Shown here piece after piece: positions 47,080 to 56,703 of a stretch of 64,000 bases of DNA. The translations under genes and the position numbers were made by a program. This DNA is from Myxococcota bacterium (GTDB taxonomy: Bacteria > Myxococcota_A > UBA9160 > UBA4427): positions 43,924 to 107,923 of the forward strand of contig JANQEL010000227.1 in the NCBI GenBank assembly GCA_028278345.1. The letters run 5' to 3'. A model generated the notes under the pieces. The model saw only the letters and a program-made list of their open reading frames with translations, searched no databases and was not told the DNA's origin. Each line of letters begins with the position of its first letter. Position 1 is the first letter of the stretch.

Positions 47080-48030
47080 TCACCGCACCTGAACGCACTC
47101 CGCGACGGCACCGATGTGTCGTTCGTCGGTACCGCAGCATCCGCCGAGCACGTTCAGGTTGGGCAGGCGCTCGTGGAGGGAGGCGCACTCCCGCCCGAAC
47201 GCCTGGGGATTGCCGTCGTCGAGTTCGGTGCACTCGTCGAGTTCGGCGTGGCTCTTCTTCGACGCGTTGCCGCGGATCATCCGGATGCGCTCCACCCACG
47301 GTGCGCCTTCAGCGCCGGCGAACTGGCCGGCGAAGTGGCTCGTATGGGCACAGTTGATTCCGTAGTAGGCCGCGTAGGCGTCCGTGGCCTCGTCGACCGC
47401 GGCGATCGCCTCGCCCAGGGGTTGCCCGGTCGGCAGCCGACCATCCGTCTCCACCGTGAACGCAATCACCACGGGCATCTCACAGCGGCGTGCGGCGCGT
47501 ACGATGCCGATCGCTTCACCGGCATGCGTCATGGTGAGGGCCGTCACGAGATCGGCGTGCGAGTTCGCAAAGGCCTCGACCTGCGCCAGGTGGTAGGCCT
47601 CCGCTTCGTCGGGGCTGAGCAGTGCGTCGGGTGCATAGCCGTCGCCGCGAGGCCCGAGGTTTCCGCTGATGACGATCGGGGCTTCGGGGGTTTCGAATCG
47701 ATGGCGAATCTCTTGGAGGTGCAGCACCGCCTCCTGGTTCAACATCGCGAGCGCGGCGCCGTCGTGTCCGAGCTTCTCGCCCCAGTCCTTGTTGGCCCGC
47801 CAGGTCGGGGTTTCGAGGATCAGCCCCACTCCGTGCTTGACCGCCACTTCGGCGTACGGGACGTAGCAGTCGTACAGCTCCCGGCGTCCGGGCTCGCTGG
47901 TGAGCAGATGGAAGGCGGCGAACTCGGGAAGGTCGACGCCGCGCTGGAAGACCAGAGTGGTCTCCAGCCCTCCGTCGGTGAGGAAGAGATCTCCGTTCAT
48001 CTGCGGAAGTCGATCGCGGTAGCGAGGCAT
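47080..48030 (-). CDS. Homocysteine S-methyltransferase family protein
   Basis: Contains [14 protein letters not shown]. The Zn-ligand contexts are GINCAH and LGGCCGT. 316 aa from the ATG at 48030. Confidence 0.8.
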   Translation of the reverse strand: MPRYRDRLPQMNGDLFLTDGGLETTLVFQRGVDLPEFAAFHLLTSEPGRRELYDCYVPYAEVAVKHGVGLILETPTWRANKDWGEKLGHDGAALAMLNQEAVLHLQEIRHRFETPEAPIVISGNLGPRGDGYAPDALLSPDEAEAYHLAQVEAFANSHADLVTALTMTHAGEAIGIVRAARRCEMPVVIAFTVETDGRLPTGQPLGEAIAAVDEATDAYAAYYGINCAHTSHFAGQFAGAEGAPWVERIRMIRGNASKKSHAELDECTELDDGNPQAFGRECASLHERLPNLNVLGGCCGTDERHIGAVAECVQVR

Positions 48031-48092
48031 GTTGGTTCTCCTGTTTCGAATCGGTTGGGTGTCGTCGTGCAAGCAGGTGGTGTGGTCGTGCT

Positions 48093-48887
48093 TCAAGCCG
48101 TTCGGTACAACGGCTCGGCGTTGGGTTCGGCAACGGGTTCGCGCGGCGTGCCCACATCCTTGAAAGCCAGCATCTCGGCCACGCGCGATGAAGCGCCCGG
48201 GTAGAAGCCGGTTTCGTGCACGTAGTCCTTCGGGTTCTCGAAGGTTCCGAAGAGCAGGTCGAAGACCGGCAGATCCGAGAAGTTGCGATCGTGGATGCCC
48301 TTCGCGTGATGGATCGTGTGGCTCTCCGGGCGTTGCACGAAGTAGCCGAGCCAGCGGGGCGTCTTGATGTTGGTGTGCTGGAAGACGCCGAGCAGGAACG
48401 TCGCCATCATGTAGAAGGTGGCGGCCTGCGGAGTCATCCCCAGCAACCACACCGTGCTGAGACTGCCGAGCACGGTCCACCCGACCATGTCGAGCGGGCT
48501 GAAGTAGAAGGCGCCATAGGTATCCATGCGCTCGGCGCTGTGATGCATCTGGTGGAAGGCGCGCCACAGCGCGTTCGACCCGTGCATCGCGCGATGCCAG
48601 AAGTAGACGCCACCTTCGTAGACGACGACCGCCACCACGCCCGCCCACAGGCCGAGGTGACCGAGGTCCATCACCTGGTACGAGGCGAGGGTCGCGTCGG
48701 TGAACAGCGGCAGGTAGGAAGAGAGGAAGAAGTAGAAGGCGAAGGACGCCAACCCTCGGGTCTTCCAGCCGGGTACGACCGGAAGGGCGCGTCCCGGTGC
48801 GATGGCTTCGGCGAGCATGAAGCTCGCGTACAAGCCGATCAGGATGAGGGAGAGGGGGTCCATCAGGATCTCGATCGGGGTCGGCAT
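48093..48887 (-). CDS. Sterol desaturase / fatty acid hydroxylase superfamily membrane protein
   Basis: The histidine boxes are HRAMH, HQMHH and HTIHH, set in a polytopic membrane protein. 264 aa from the ATG at 48887. Confidence 0.8.
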   Translation of the reverse strand: MPTPIEILMDPLSLILIGLYASFMLAEAIAPGRALPVVPGWKTRGLASFAFYFFLSSYLPLFTDATLASYQVMDLGHLGLWAGVVAVVVYEGGVYFWHRAMHGSNALWRAFHQMHHSAERMDTYGAFYFSPLDMVGWTVLGSLSTVWLLGMTPQAATFYMMATFLLGVFQHTNIKTPRWLGYFVQRPESHTIHHAKGIHDRNFSDLPVFDLLFGTFENPKDYVHETGFYPGASSRVAEMLAFKDVGTPREPVAEPNAEPLYRTA

Positions 48888-49112
48888 GGTCTTGCTCCTT
48901 GTCGGGTGGGTGGGGCGCGATCGGGGTTGTGCAGCGGCCTGGGGCGGCCTTGATCGCCCCTGTGGCGCGCCATACCATGCGGATTCACCAGTCAAGGCCG
49001 CGTGAATCGAGCGTCAACGCGGCGTGAATTCGACGCGCCGCTGCGAAAATCTCGAGAAGCGCCCTAAAAATCGTGCAGATCACGTCGGTCTCGACGCGCG
49101 TCGCGGGGCCGA

Positions 49113-52100
49113 ATGGCCCTTGCCGCTGACGGTCGAATCCCGGTGCCTCCGACTCTCCAACTCTTCGGTGGATTCCAGCTCGAATCGGGGCTCGGCCCTG
49201 AGGCGCGACTCTCGGCGAAGAAACCGATCGCCCTGCTCACCTACCTCGCCGTGCGAAGGGGGCAACCCCAGACCCGCGACAAGCTGGCCGCGCTGCTCTG
49301 GGAGGATCGCCCGCAGGCCCAGGCCAAGGGGAGTTTGCGCCAGGCGATCCTGCAGCTGCGCCGCGGGCTGCCGGAAGGTGTGCTGCGCGCGGAAGGCGAG
49401 AACGTCTCCCTCGGCGAGTCGATCGATGTCGACGTCATCCGCTTTCGCGAGTCGATCGATGCCGCCGATCCCGCGAGCCTCGAGGAAGCGGTCTCCCTCT
49501 ATCGGGGGGATCTGCTGGAGGGCTTTCATCCCCGGGCTCCGGTGTTCGAGGAGTGGCTCACGGGAGAACGCGAGGTCTTGCGGCAGCTCGCCGTTCAGGC
49601 CCTCGACGATCTACTCGCCCATGCCGAAGACGCCGGGGACTATCCCCGGGCGATCCGCGCCGGGGTCCGCCTCCTTTCGCTGGATCCGATGCAGGAGTCG
49701 CTCCACCGCAAGTTGATGCGCCTCCACGCCGAGCAAGGGCAGCGCGGTGCAGCGCTTCGCCAATACCGCGTACTTCGCGAGCTGCTCGCGAACGAATTCG
49801 ACGCGGCGCCGCAGAATGAAACCGAGGCACTCCACCGGGCGATTCGCGAGGGACGCGTCGGGGGCCCTCCCTCTTCGGGCGCGGATAGCGCGGTTGCGGA
49901 TGGCGCGGTCGCGTCCCGCGAGTCGCCCCGCGACGAGTATGAGGTTGAGGTCGAGGACGGCGAGTCGCCGAACGTGGCGGAGCTACGCCCGGTCACGATC
50001 GTGAGCGTCCAGCTTTCCGACGAGGAGCTGCTCACGTCCCAATCCGTCGAGCGGGCGCGCGAGCGAGAGCGGGCCTTCGAAGGTCGCGTCGAAGCCGCGG
50101 CGGCGACCTTCGGTGGCCAGGCGATCAAGCAGTTGGGCGGACACCTCGTGATCGCGTTCGGAATTCAACGCGCGCACAGTCGCGATGCGGGCCTGGCGGC
50201 GCGCGCGGCGATGTCCCTGCGCACCGGCGGCGAGGATACACCGGCCGGCGACGACGACGCGGGGAGCGCCTACAAGATCGGGATCGCCTCGGGACAGATC
50301 ATGGTCGATCCTCGCGATCTCGACGCCCCTCCCCTGTTGAGCGGCTCCGCGATCAGTAGCGCCGCCGCGCTGGCCGCCCGTTGCCCACCGGGCGACGTGC
50401 TCGTGACGGCTTCGTTGCGACGCGGCTTGATCGGTCGAGCGCAGTGCGAGCCCGGCCGCGACGAGCTGGCGAACACGTGGCGATTGTTGGCGGTATCCGA
50501 CTCGTCCGCGCACGGGGACGAATACGCGCCCCCTCAGCGCCCATTCGTCGGGCGGAGCATCGAACGGCGCCTGCTCGAGAGCAGCCTCGAGGTCTGCCGG
50601 AAGGAGGGGCTCGGCCACACGTTCCTGATCCGCGGCGACGCCGGGATCGGCAAGACCCGCCTCGTCAACGCATGTCGCGAACGCGCCGCGGCACTGGGCT
50701 TCGGCGTGCACGGGGGAGAACTCCTCGACTTCGGGACCGCGGGAAGCCGCACGCTTCTGGCTTCGCTTTCGCGCCAGCTCCTCGGACTCGACGCGAACGC
50801 CGATGACGAGCGGGTGCGCAGTGCCGCCGAGGCGGCCGTCCGAGCCAGCGTGATTCGCGACTCGGAGCGGGTACTCCTCGAAGATCTCCTCGATGTATCG
50901 CTCTCGAGCGAACTGCGCGCCCTGCGCGAAGCCATGGACGTGGAGACGCGGAGACGCGGTCGTGCCGAAGTGTTGGTGCGCCTGGTCACGGACGCCTGCG
51001 AACGACAACCGCGCCTGTTGGTCATCGAAGATCTGCACTGGGGCGACGCCGACATCCTCGAGTGCATCGCGGCGTTGCTCCGCGCCGTCGGCGAACTGTC
51101 GGCGGTTCTCGTCATGACGTCGCGGATCGAGGACGAGCCGGAGCAGGGTCCGTGGAAAGACGGTCGACTTCGCACACCGTTTACTGCGATCGAACTCACG
51201 CCCCTGCGCACCGGCGAGGCGCTCGAGTTCGCACATCACTTCTCGGCAGTCGACGAGGCGCAGGTCACCGCCTGCGTCGAACGCGCCGACGGCAACCCCC
51301 TCTTCCTCGAACAACTACTGCTGAGCATCTCCGAGGGAGAGTCGGAGCTTCCGACCACCATCCAGAGCATCGTGGTTGCACGCCTCGACGCGCTCACCCC
51401 GATGGATCGCGATGCCCTCCGGGTCGCTTCGATCCTCGGACAGCGGTTCTCGGTCGCAGGGCTGCGCACGCTTCTCGGACGCGATGACTACGAAGGCGAG
51501 GGCTTCGTCGAGGCGGGGCTCGTCGATGTCGTCGCTCCCGGCGAGATGCGTTTCAGCCACGCCTTGATCCACGAAGCGGTCTATGGGTCGGTTCCGGAGA
51601 CCAGGCGCAGTGAACTCCATCGCCGCGCCGCGCAGTGGTACGAACCGACCGAAGCACTCGTGTGTGCCGAGCACCTGGAACGCGCAGGGGATCCCGGGGC
51701 CGCGGCGGCCTATCTGCGGGCCGCAACCGAGTTGAGCGATGAGTACCGCCACGAGCGAGCGCTCGAGATCGCCGGCCGCGGGCGCGACCTGGCGAACGAT
51801 GAGCGCGTTCATTGCGAACTCGATTGCATTCGCGGCGACCGACTGATCGATCTCGGTCAGATCGATGAAGCACTTTCGGCCTACGAGGAAGCCGAGCGCC
51901 ACGCGATCGAGTCCGGAGAGCGTTGTCGCGCCTGGTTGGGGGTTGCCAACGCGATGCGCTTGACGGATCGCCGCGAAGAAGCCCTGGCGCGTCTCGAACG
52001 CGCGGAAGCAGAGGCACAGGGAGCGGGCCTCGAAGAGGCCCTCGCCAAGATCTACTTCCAGCGCGGCAACCTGCTCTTCCCGATGGGCGACATCGACGGT

Positions 52101-53006
52101 TGCCTGGCTGCCCACGAGGCGGCGCTCCGGAGCGCCAGGTCGGTCGGCTCGAAGTACGACGAGGCGAGCGCCCTCGGCGGCCTGGGTGACGCCTACTACC
52201 AACGGGGGCAGATGATCCGCGCCCACCAGCACTACGACGAGTGCATCGAACTCGCCCGTCGCCTGGGATATGGACGCATCGAGGTCGCCAACCTCCACAT
52301 GCGGGGTGTCACGCTCATGTACCTCGGCCGCGCGCGCGAAGCGCGCGCCGAAATCGAGGAGGCGATTCGGCTCGCCGGCGTCGTGGGCAATCGACGCGCC
52401 CAGATGGTGGCGCACAGCTGCACCGGTGATGTGCTGGTGTGGATCGGCGATTGGCCGTCCCTCGAGGAAGATTCGCGCAACACCGCAGAAGGCTGGCCCG
52501 ACCTCCGGACACCCGGCTTCGAGGCAATGGCGCGTTGCTATCAGGGCTACGCGGCCGCGGTACAGGGAAGGCTGGAAGAGGGAGACCGGTGGATCGCCGA
52601 AGGCCTGCGTTGCGCCGGAGACAGCGCCTTTGCGGGGCCCTTCGCTCTCGGAGTGGTTGCAGCGACCACGCGCGACGACGCTGAACGCCAAAGGGCACTC
52701 GAAGAAGGCGAGCGCCTCCTCGAAGACGGAAGCGTGAGCCACAACCACTTCTGCTTCCGCGTATTCGCCATGCAGGCGTGCCTCGCGGCCGGTGACCTCG
52801 AGGCGGTCGAGCACCACGCCTCGGCACTCGATGCCTACACCGCGGACGAACCGCTGCCGTGGAGCCGCTTCTTCAGCGCGTGGGGGCGTGCCCTGGCCGA
52901 GCACGCGCGGGGCGAGGGCGATGTCGACGAGCTGTTGCGTCTGCGCAGCGAAGCGGTCGAGTTCGGTCTCGGCGCCGCGCTTCCGCTGCTGGATCGGGCG
53001 CTATAG
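49113..53006 (+). CDS. Large signal-transduction ATPase: SARP/OmpR-type winged helix plus BTAD, a class III cyclase-homology domain, a P-loop AAA/STAND ATPase, and TPR repeats
   Basis: Residues 1-250 are BTAD-like (LLWEDRPQAQAKGSLRQAILQLRR, YRGDLLEGF, LMRLHAEQGQRGAALRQYRVLRELL). The cyclase-like block runs VTIVSVQLSDEE...IKQLGGHLVIAFG...YKIGIASGQIMV. Walker A is IRGDAGIGKTRLV. The C-terminal 450 aa or so are TPR-like. Confidence 0.85.
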   Translation: MALAADGRIPVPPTLQLFGGFQLESGLGPEARLSAKKPIALLTYLAVRRGQPQTRDKLAALLWEDRPQAQAKGSLRQAILQLRRGLPEGVLRAEGENVSLGESIDVDVIRFRESIDAADPASLEEAVSLYRGDLLEGFHPRAPVFEEWLTGEREVLRQLAVQALDDLLAHAEDAGDYPRAIRAGVRLLSLDPMQESLHRKLMRLHAEQGQRGAALRQYRVLRELLANEFDAAPQNETEALHRAIREGRVGGPPSSGADSAVADGAVASRESPRDEYEVEVEDGESPNVAELRPVTIVSVQLSDEELLTSQSVERARERERAFEGRVEAAAATFGGQAIKQLGGHLVIAFGIQRAHSRDAGLAARAAMSLRTGGEDTPAGDDDAGSAYKIGIASGQIMVDPRDLDAPPLLSGSAISSAAALAARCPPGDVLVTASLRRGLIGRAQCEPGRDELANTWRLLAVSDSSAHGDEYAPPQRPFVGRSIERRLLESSLEVCRKEGLGHTFLIRGDAGIGKTRLVNACRERAAALGFGVHGGELLDFGTAGSRTLLASLSRQLLGLDANADDERVRSAAEAAVRASVIRDSERVLLEDLLDVSLSSELRALREAMDVETRRRGRAEVLVRLVTDACERQPRLLVIEDLHWGDADILECIAALLRAVGELSAVLVMTSRIEDEPEQGPWKDGRLRTPFTAIELTPLRTGEALEFAHHFSAVDEAQVTACVERADGNPLFLEQLLLSISEGESELPTTIQSIVVARLDALTPMDRDALRVASILGQRFSVAGLRTLLGRDDYEGEGFVEAGLVDVVAPGEMRFSHALIHEAVYGSVPETRRSELHRRAAQWYEPTEALVCAEHLERAGDPGAAAAYLRAATELSDEYRHERALEIAGRGRDLANDERVHCELDCIRGDRLIDLGQIDEALSAYEEAERHAIESGERCRAWLGVANAMRLTDRREEALARLERAEAEAQGAGLEEALAKIYFQRGNLLFPMGDIDGCLAAHEAALRSARSVGSKYDEASALGGLGDAYYQRGQMIRAHQHYDECIELARRLGYGRIEVANLHMRGVTLMYLGRAREARAEIEEAIRLAGVVGNRRAQMVAHSCTGDVLVWIGDWPSLEEDSRNTAEGWPDLRTPGFEAMARCYQGYAAAVQGRLEEGDRWIAEGLRCAGDSAFAGPFALGVVAATTRDDAERQRALEEGERLLEDGSVSHNHFCFRVFAMQACLAAGDLEAVEHHASALDAYTADEPLPWSRFFSAWGRALAEHARGEGDVDELLRLRSEAVEFGLGAALPLLDRAL

Positions 53007-53012
53007 GGCGCC
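52949..53012 (+). repeat. 64-bp direct repeat, copy 1 (covers the last 18 codons plus stop of the 49113-53006 gene)
   Basis: Identical to 54700-54763 except for one position (G at 52996 versus A at 54747). Confidence 0.95.
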
Positions 53013-53042
53013 GTTTACGGTCGGCAGTCCACTTTCGCAAGG
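53001..53042 (-). pseudogene. Relic of a hisB 3' end (last 13 codons plus stop)
   Basis: The minus strand encodes PCESGLPTVNGAL*, against [13 protein letters not shown] at the real hisB end (56693-56734). 31 of 42 nt are identical, and 10 of the 11 differences are at third codon positions. No similarity continues upstream. Confidence 0.45.
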
Positions 53043-53178
53043 AAACGGCCGTTGCGAGATCTTTCCTGCTTGCTCCCCCTGGCTCGAAGCTGGGGCACGG
53101 TGGGTTCGTCGAGTATTCTCCCGATCCGCGCATGAACGGTCGTCCAGCAAGCCCTCGCCGCTCGAGGTCGACATCGCC

Positions 53179-54657
53179 ATGACCACACCGACCGCTCGTG
53201 ACCTCGCAGCCAGGATGGTTTCCCCTGCGCTTGCTGTTCTGACCCTGGTCTACGCGTCGCTGGCGTTGCTCAACCTGGCGGGGCCGTGGATCACGGGAGC
53301 GCCGATCGCGCCGCGCGCCACCCTGTTCACCGCTAGCGCGGCAGCGAGTCTATGCGCCGGTGCATGGCTGATCGTCCGGAAACGACCCGTTTCGGCAACC
53401 TGGGCGAACCCGGTGCTCGCCGGCCTCGGGCTCCTGATGGCAATGACGTCATCCATCTACCTCTGGCTTGTTCCGGATCCGGTCCACACGGGCAATCACA
53501 TGCTCGCCTCGATCGCGATCGGGAGCGTCATCATCTCAAGACGCTGGCTTGCGATTACGCTTGCGGGTGTCATGGCGTGCTGGCTCGTTCCCGCTCTCGC
53601 GGGCCCGCTCGACGAGGACTGGTTCCATTGGGGCGCGATGCTCGTGCTTTCACAGTTCTTTGCGGCCAGCATCGCCGAGTTTCGGCTCCGCACGACGCTA
53701 CGGCTGATCGAGTTGCGACGGGTGGCGGAAGAACGTTTGCACGAGACCGAGCGAGAGGCGAAGCGCCGAGAGCGCGCCGAAGCAAGGTTGCGAGAAGCAG
53801 AGCGAACGACGGCGCGAGCGAAACTGGTCGAGTCCGCGCTCGCTGTACAGCAAGCGAAGATCGAACGGCTCGAGCTGGAGCGAGACAACAAGCTACTCGA
53901 ATCGCGCGTGCTCGAGATCGGGAATGCGCTTACGGAGAGCCAACAGAGCCTCGCCGCGCAGCAGCCTCTGGCCGCCATTGGAACACTTTCGGCCGGAATC
54001 GCTCATCAGATCAAGAACCCCGTTGGTTCGATCCTGAATTCCGCCAGCTATGCGCTGCTCGAACATGGGGATGGGGACGAAGACAACGTGCGTATCGCGG
54101 CACTCAAGGAGATTCACGCGAGCGCGGCGCGATGCGGGCGGATCCTGAAGAACGTGCTCAACTTCTCGCGCACCGAGTCCACCGAAATGTGGAAGGAAGA
54201 ACTCGACGGATTGATCATGATGGCTGTGAAGGTGACGGCGCCCGCGGCTCGTGAGCACCACGCCAATTGCGAGATCCAGCTCGCACCCGGGAAGCCGCAA
54301 ATCTTGATGAATCCGATCGCGTTGGAGCAGGTCGTCGTCAACCTCATCCAGAACGCGATCGAATCGAAGCCTACCGGAGTGCATGTGCGAATCTCGACTC
54401 GACCGATCGGGGGTGAGATGGAGATCGCCGTCGAAGACGACGGGCCCGGTCTTCCGGCTGAAGCAGCACAACACCTCTTCGAGGCGTTCTACACGACCAA
54501 GGGAGGCCAGGGGGGGTCGGGCCTCGGCCTGGCAGTCGCCCGGAAGATCGTCGAAGCGCACAAGGGTCGGATCTTCCTCGGTTCCGAAGAAACCGACGAT
54601 CTCCACCAGCAGCGCCTGCCCGGGGCGTGCTTCCTGATCCGGCTCCCCGCGACCTAG
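53179..54657 (+). CDS. Orphan membrane sensor histidine kinase
   Basis: About six N-terminal hydrophobic helices are followed by a charged coiled coil. The H-box is GIAHQIKNPVGSI, the N-box NLIQNAIES, and DDGPGLP and GGSGLGLAVARKIVEAHKGRI follow. No response regulator is adjacent. Confidence 0.85.
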   Translation: MTTPTARDLAARMVSPALAVLTLVYASLALLNLAGPWITGAPIAPRATLFTASAAASLCAGAWLIVRKRPVSATWANPVLAGLGLLMAMTSSIYLWLVPDPVHTGNHMLASIAIGSVIISRRWLAITLAGVMACWLVPALAGPLDEDWFHWGAMLVLSQFFAASIAEFRLRTTLRLIELRRVAEERLHETEREAKRRERAEARLREAERTTARAKLVESALAVQQAKIERLELERDNKLLESRVLEIGNALTESQQSLAAQQPLAAIGTLSAGIAHQIKNPVGSILNSASYALLEHGDGDEDNVRIAALKEIHASAARCGRILKNVLNFSRTESTEMWKEELDGLIMMAVKVTAPAAREHHANCEIQLAPGKPQILMNPIALEQVVVNLIQNAIESKPTGVHVRISTRPIGGEMEIAVEDDGPGLPAEAAQHLFEAFYTTKGGQGGSGLGLAVARKIVEAHKGRIFLGSEETDDLHQQRLPGACFLIRLPAT

Positions 54658-54699
54658 TTCGGCCATCCCATCGCCGGGCAGCCTCGCGGCCGGTGAACT

Positions 54700-54763
54700 C
54701 GAAGCGGTCGAGTTCGGTCTCGGCGCCGCGCTTCCGCTGCTGGATCAGGCGCTATAGGGCGCC
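54700..54763 (+). repeat. 64-bp direct repeat, copy 2 (non-coding copy of the 49113-53006 gene tail)
   Basis: See copy 1. It still reads EAVEFGLGAALPLLDQAL* in frame but has no upstream gene body. Confidence 0.95.
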
Positions 54764-54798
54764 CTCGACGGCGAGCAGCCGAACTCCCATTGGCCTTC

Positions 54799-55680
54799 CT
54801 ATGCACCGTCGCCCAGACAGACGAACCCGTCGCTGATTGCGAGGTCGCCGGCTTCGGTCTTCACCTGGAACGAGATGACATCGCCGGTGATCCTGCTTTC
54901 GAGGGACAACGTCGACGGCATCAAGACCATCGAGGTGAAGCGACACCCCAACCGCTTCACGAGCGCAGGCTGTCCTACAGCGTACTCGTCGACGATACGA
55001 CTCACGGCGAGCGCGAGGGTCGCGGTACCGTGCAGGATGATGTCCGGCAGGCCGGCCGCCAGCGCAATCGCGCGATCGGTGTGGATCGGGTTCCAGATTC
55101 GCGCGCACTCGGTGTAGGTGTGGGCCGCGCCTTCCGGGACGTGGATGTCGCAGCGCTTCGCATCGTCGAGCGGTTCGAGCTTCGGGAGCGGCGGCGCAGT
55201 CTCGATGCTTCGGTCTTCGCCCTCCACGTCGACGCCCCGGTAGACGGCCGTCTGGAAGGTCGTCACCACGGCTTCGCCGGTCGTGGCGTCCGCCGTATCG
55301 AGGCGCGTCGTCGAGACCGCTCCGGCTCGGGTGGCCTGGACACCGATCAGCGTCGAGCGCGTGGCGAGCTTGTCGCCAGCGCGAATCGGTCGGTGGAGAT
55401 GGAGATCGTGCGAACCGTGAACGCCCCGGGCACTCTCCGCGAGATCCGGCAGCGGCACACCCTTCGTATCGGGCTTCTGCAAGAGCACCGGCCACTCGAT
55501 GCACACGGGAAACACCGGGTGCGCGATCACCGCGTTCGCCTGGGTGTCCATGTAGAGGGGATTGAAGTCGCCCAGCGAAGCTGCGTAGGCCATCAGCCAG
55601 CGCGCATCGACGTCGTGGGTCAGGGTCGGAGTCGTTGCACCTGCGGTGCCGGAATGAACGGGCATGAACGATGTCCCCAC
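54799..55680 (-). CDS. MaoC-like double-hotdog (R)-hydratase/dehydratase family protein
   Basis: There are two hotdog halves. The C-terminal half has WNPIHTDRAIALAAGLPDIILHGTATLAL, a MaoC dehydratase pattern. 293 aa, start uncertain. Confidence 0.7.
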   Translation of the reverse strand: MGTSFMPVHSGTAGATTPTLTHDVDARWLMAYAASLGDFNPLYMDTQANAVIAHPVFPVCIEWPVLLQKPDTKGVPLPDLAESARGVHGSHDLHLHRPIRAGDKLATRSTLIGVQATRAGAVSTTRLDTADATTGEAVVTTFQTAVYRGVDVEGEDRSIETAPPLPKLEPLDDAKRCDIHVPEGAAHTYTECARIWNPIHTDRAIALAAGLPDIILHGTATLALAVSRIVDEYAVGQPALVKRLGCRFTSMVLMPSTLSLESRITGDVISFQVKTEAGDLAISDGFVCLGDGA

Positions 55681-55740
55681 TGGCCTTCGGTGATCGGTTC
55701 TCGACGATCTTACCGAGGGTCGAGGGGGATGTGCGTCGTC

Positions 55741-56703
55741 TCAGACGTGGTTGCGCAGCATCAGTTCCTTCGGATGCGGCGCGAGATAGACCTGGCCCTC
55801 GAGGTACTCGATCTCGTGGCGACGAACGTGGTGTCCCAGCAGCGTGAGGGGGACCACGAGCGGAACGAGGCCCTTTCGATAGTCGTGGATCAGGTCCGCC
55901 AACTCACCCCGTGAGGCGGAGTCCAACTTCTTCTTGATGTGGCCGGCCGCGTGCTGCAGAACGTTGGCGTTGCGCCCGCGCGTGGCCATCTGCGACAGCG
56001 CCCGCATGAACCCGCTTTCATACTTCTCGCGGAAGGCGGCGCGCGGCGTCTGTTTCAGCCGCGCGACCAGGCGACCGAGTTCGCGATACGCCTCGGTCGA
56101 GTGCGCCATCAGCTGGAGCTTGTGGACGGTGTGGAAGGCGACCACCTGGCCGCGAGTCCAACGTCCCTGGAAGAGTTGGCGAAGTCGCTGATAGGCGAAT
56201 ACCCGCTCGATGAAGTTCTCGCGCAGTTTCGGGTCGTTGAGTCGACCCTCCTCCTCGACCGGGAGGTTCGGGTAGGCCTCCATGAGGAGCGACGCGTAGA
56301 GTCCCCTTCCGTCTCGCCTGGGCATCCCCTCTTCTCTGTAGACCTTCACCCGTGCCATTCCGCAACTCGGCGAGTCCTTCTTCAGGATGTAGCCGCAGAG
56401 ATCGAGGCCCCGGAGCGCGCGCACACGTCGCGCCGAGAATCGCTCCATCGCCCGCGTGTGATCGCGACCGGAGTCGATTTCGATCATGCGAATGCCGGCG
56501 GCCTGCTCCACGAGTCGCATCGCAGGTCGCGGCGTGCCCATGCCGGCCTCGACCTCGGGACAGACGGGAACCCACTCGAAGAACCGACCCAGCAGATCCG
56601 TCACGAAACGGTCCCGCTTGTGCCCGCCGTCGTAGCGCACCTCGTTTCCGAGCAGGCAGGAAGAGACACCCAGCCGGATGGAGGGCTCGGGGCTAGAGCG
56701 CAC
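55741..56703 (-). CDS. DUF523 (TudS-like Cys-rich) plus DUF1722 (YbgA-like) fusion protein
   Basis: The N-terminal part has [19 protein letters not shown] and KKDSPSCG. The C-terminal part is a YbgA-like helical domain ([15 protein letters not shown]...HKLQLMAHS). The only plausible start is the GTG at 56703, which overlaps hisB by 11 nt. Confidence 0.7.
   Translation of the reverse strand: MRSSPEPSIRLGVSSCLLGNEVRYDGGHKRDRFVTDLLGRFFEWVPVCPEVEAGMGTPRPAMRLVEQAAGIRMIEIDSGRDHTRAMERFSARRVRALRGLDLCGYILKKDSPSCGMARVKVYREEGMPRRDGRGLYASLLMEAYPNLPVEEEGRLNDPKLRENFIERVFAYQRLRQLFQGRWTRGQVVAFHTVHKLQLMAHSTEAYRELGRLVARLKQTPRAAFREKYESGFMRALSQMATRGRNANVLQHAAGHIKKKLDSASRGELADLIHDYRKGLVPLVVPLTLLGHHVRRHEIEYLEGQVYLAPHPKELMLRNHV

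Noticed and set aside
48031-48978. Apparent N-terminal extension that makes the homocysteine methyltransferase a 632-aa protein
   Set aside because: The extension is Arg/Pro-rich and overlaps the sterol-desaturase-family gene in another frame. The methyltransferase homology starts at [21 protein letters not shown] (ATG at 48030).
54752-54790. Possible third copy of the hisB tail (minus strand …GVRLLAVEGAL*)
   Set aside because: Beyond the 12 nt that belong to the 64-bp repeat, only about 9 of 15 nt match, and only V-x-G-A-L matches at the protein level. That is too weak to call independently, so it is mentioned only as context.
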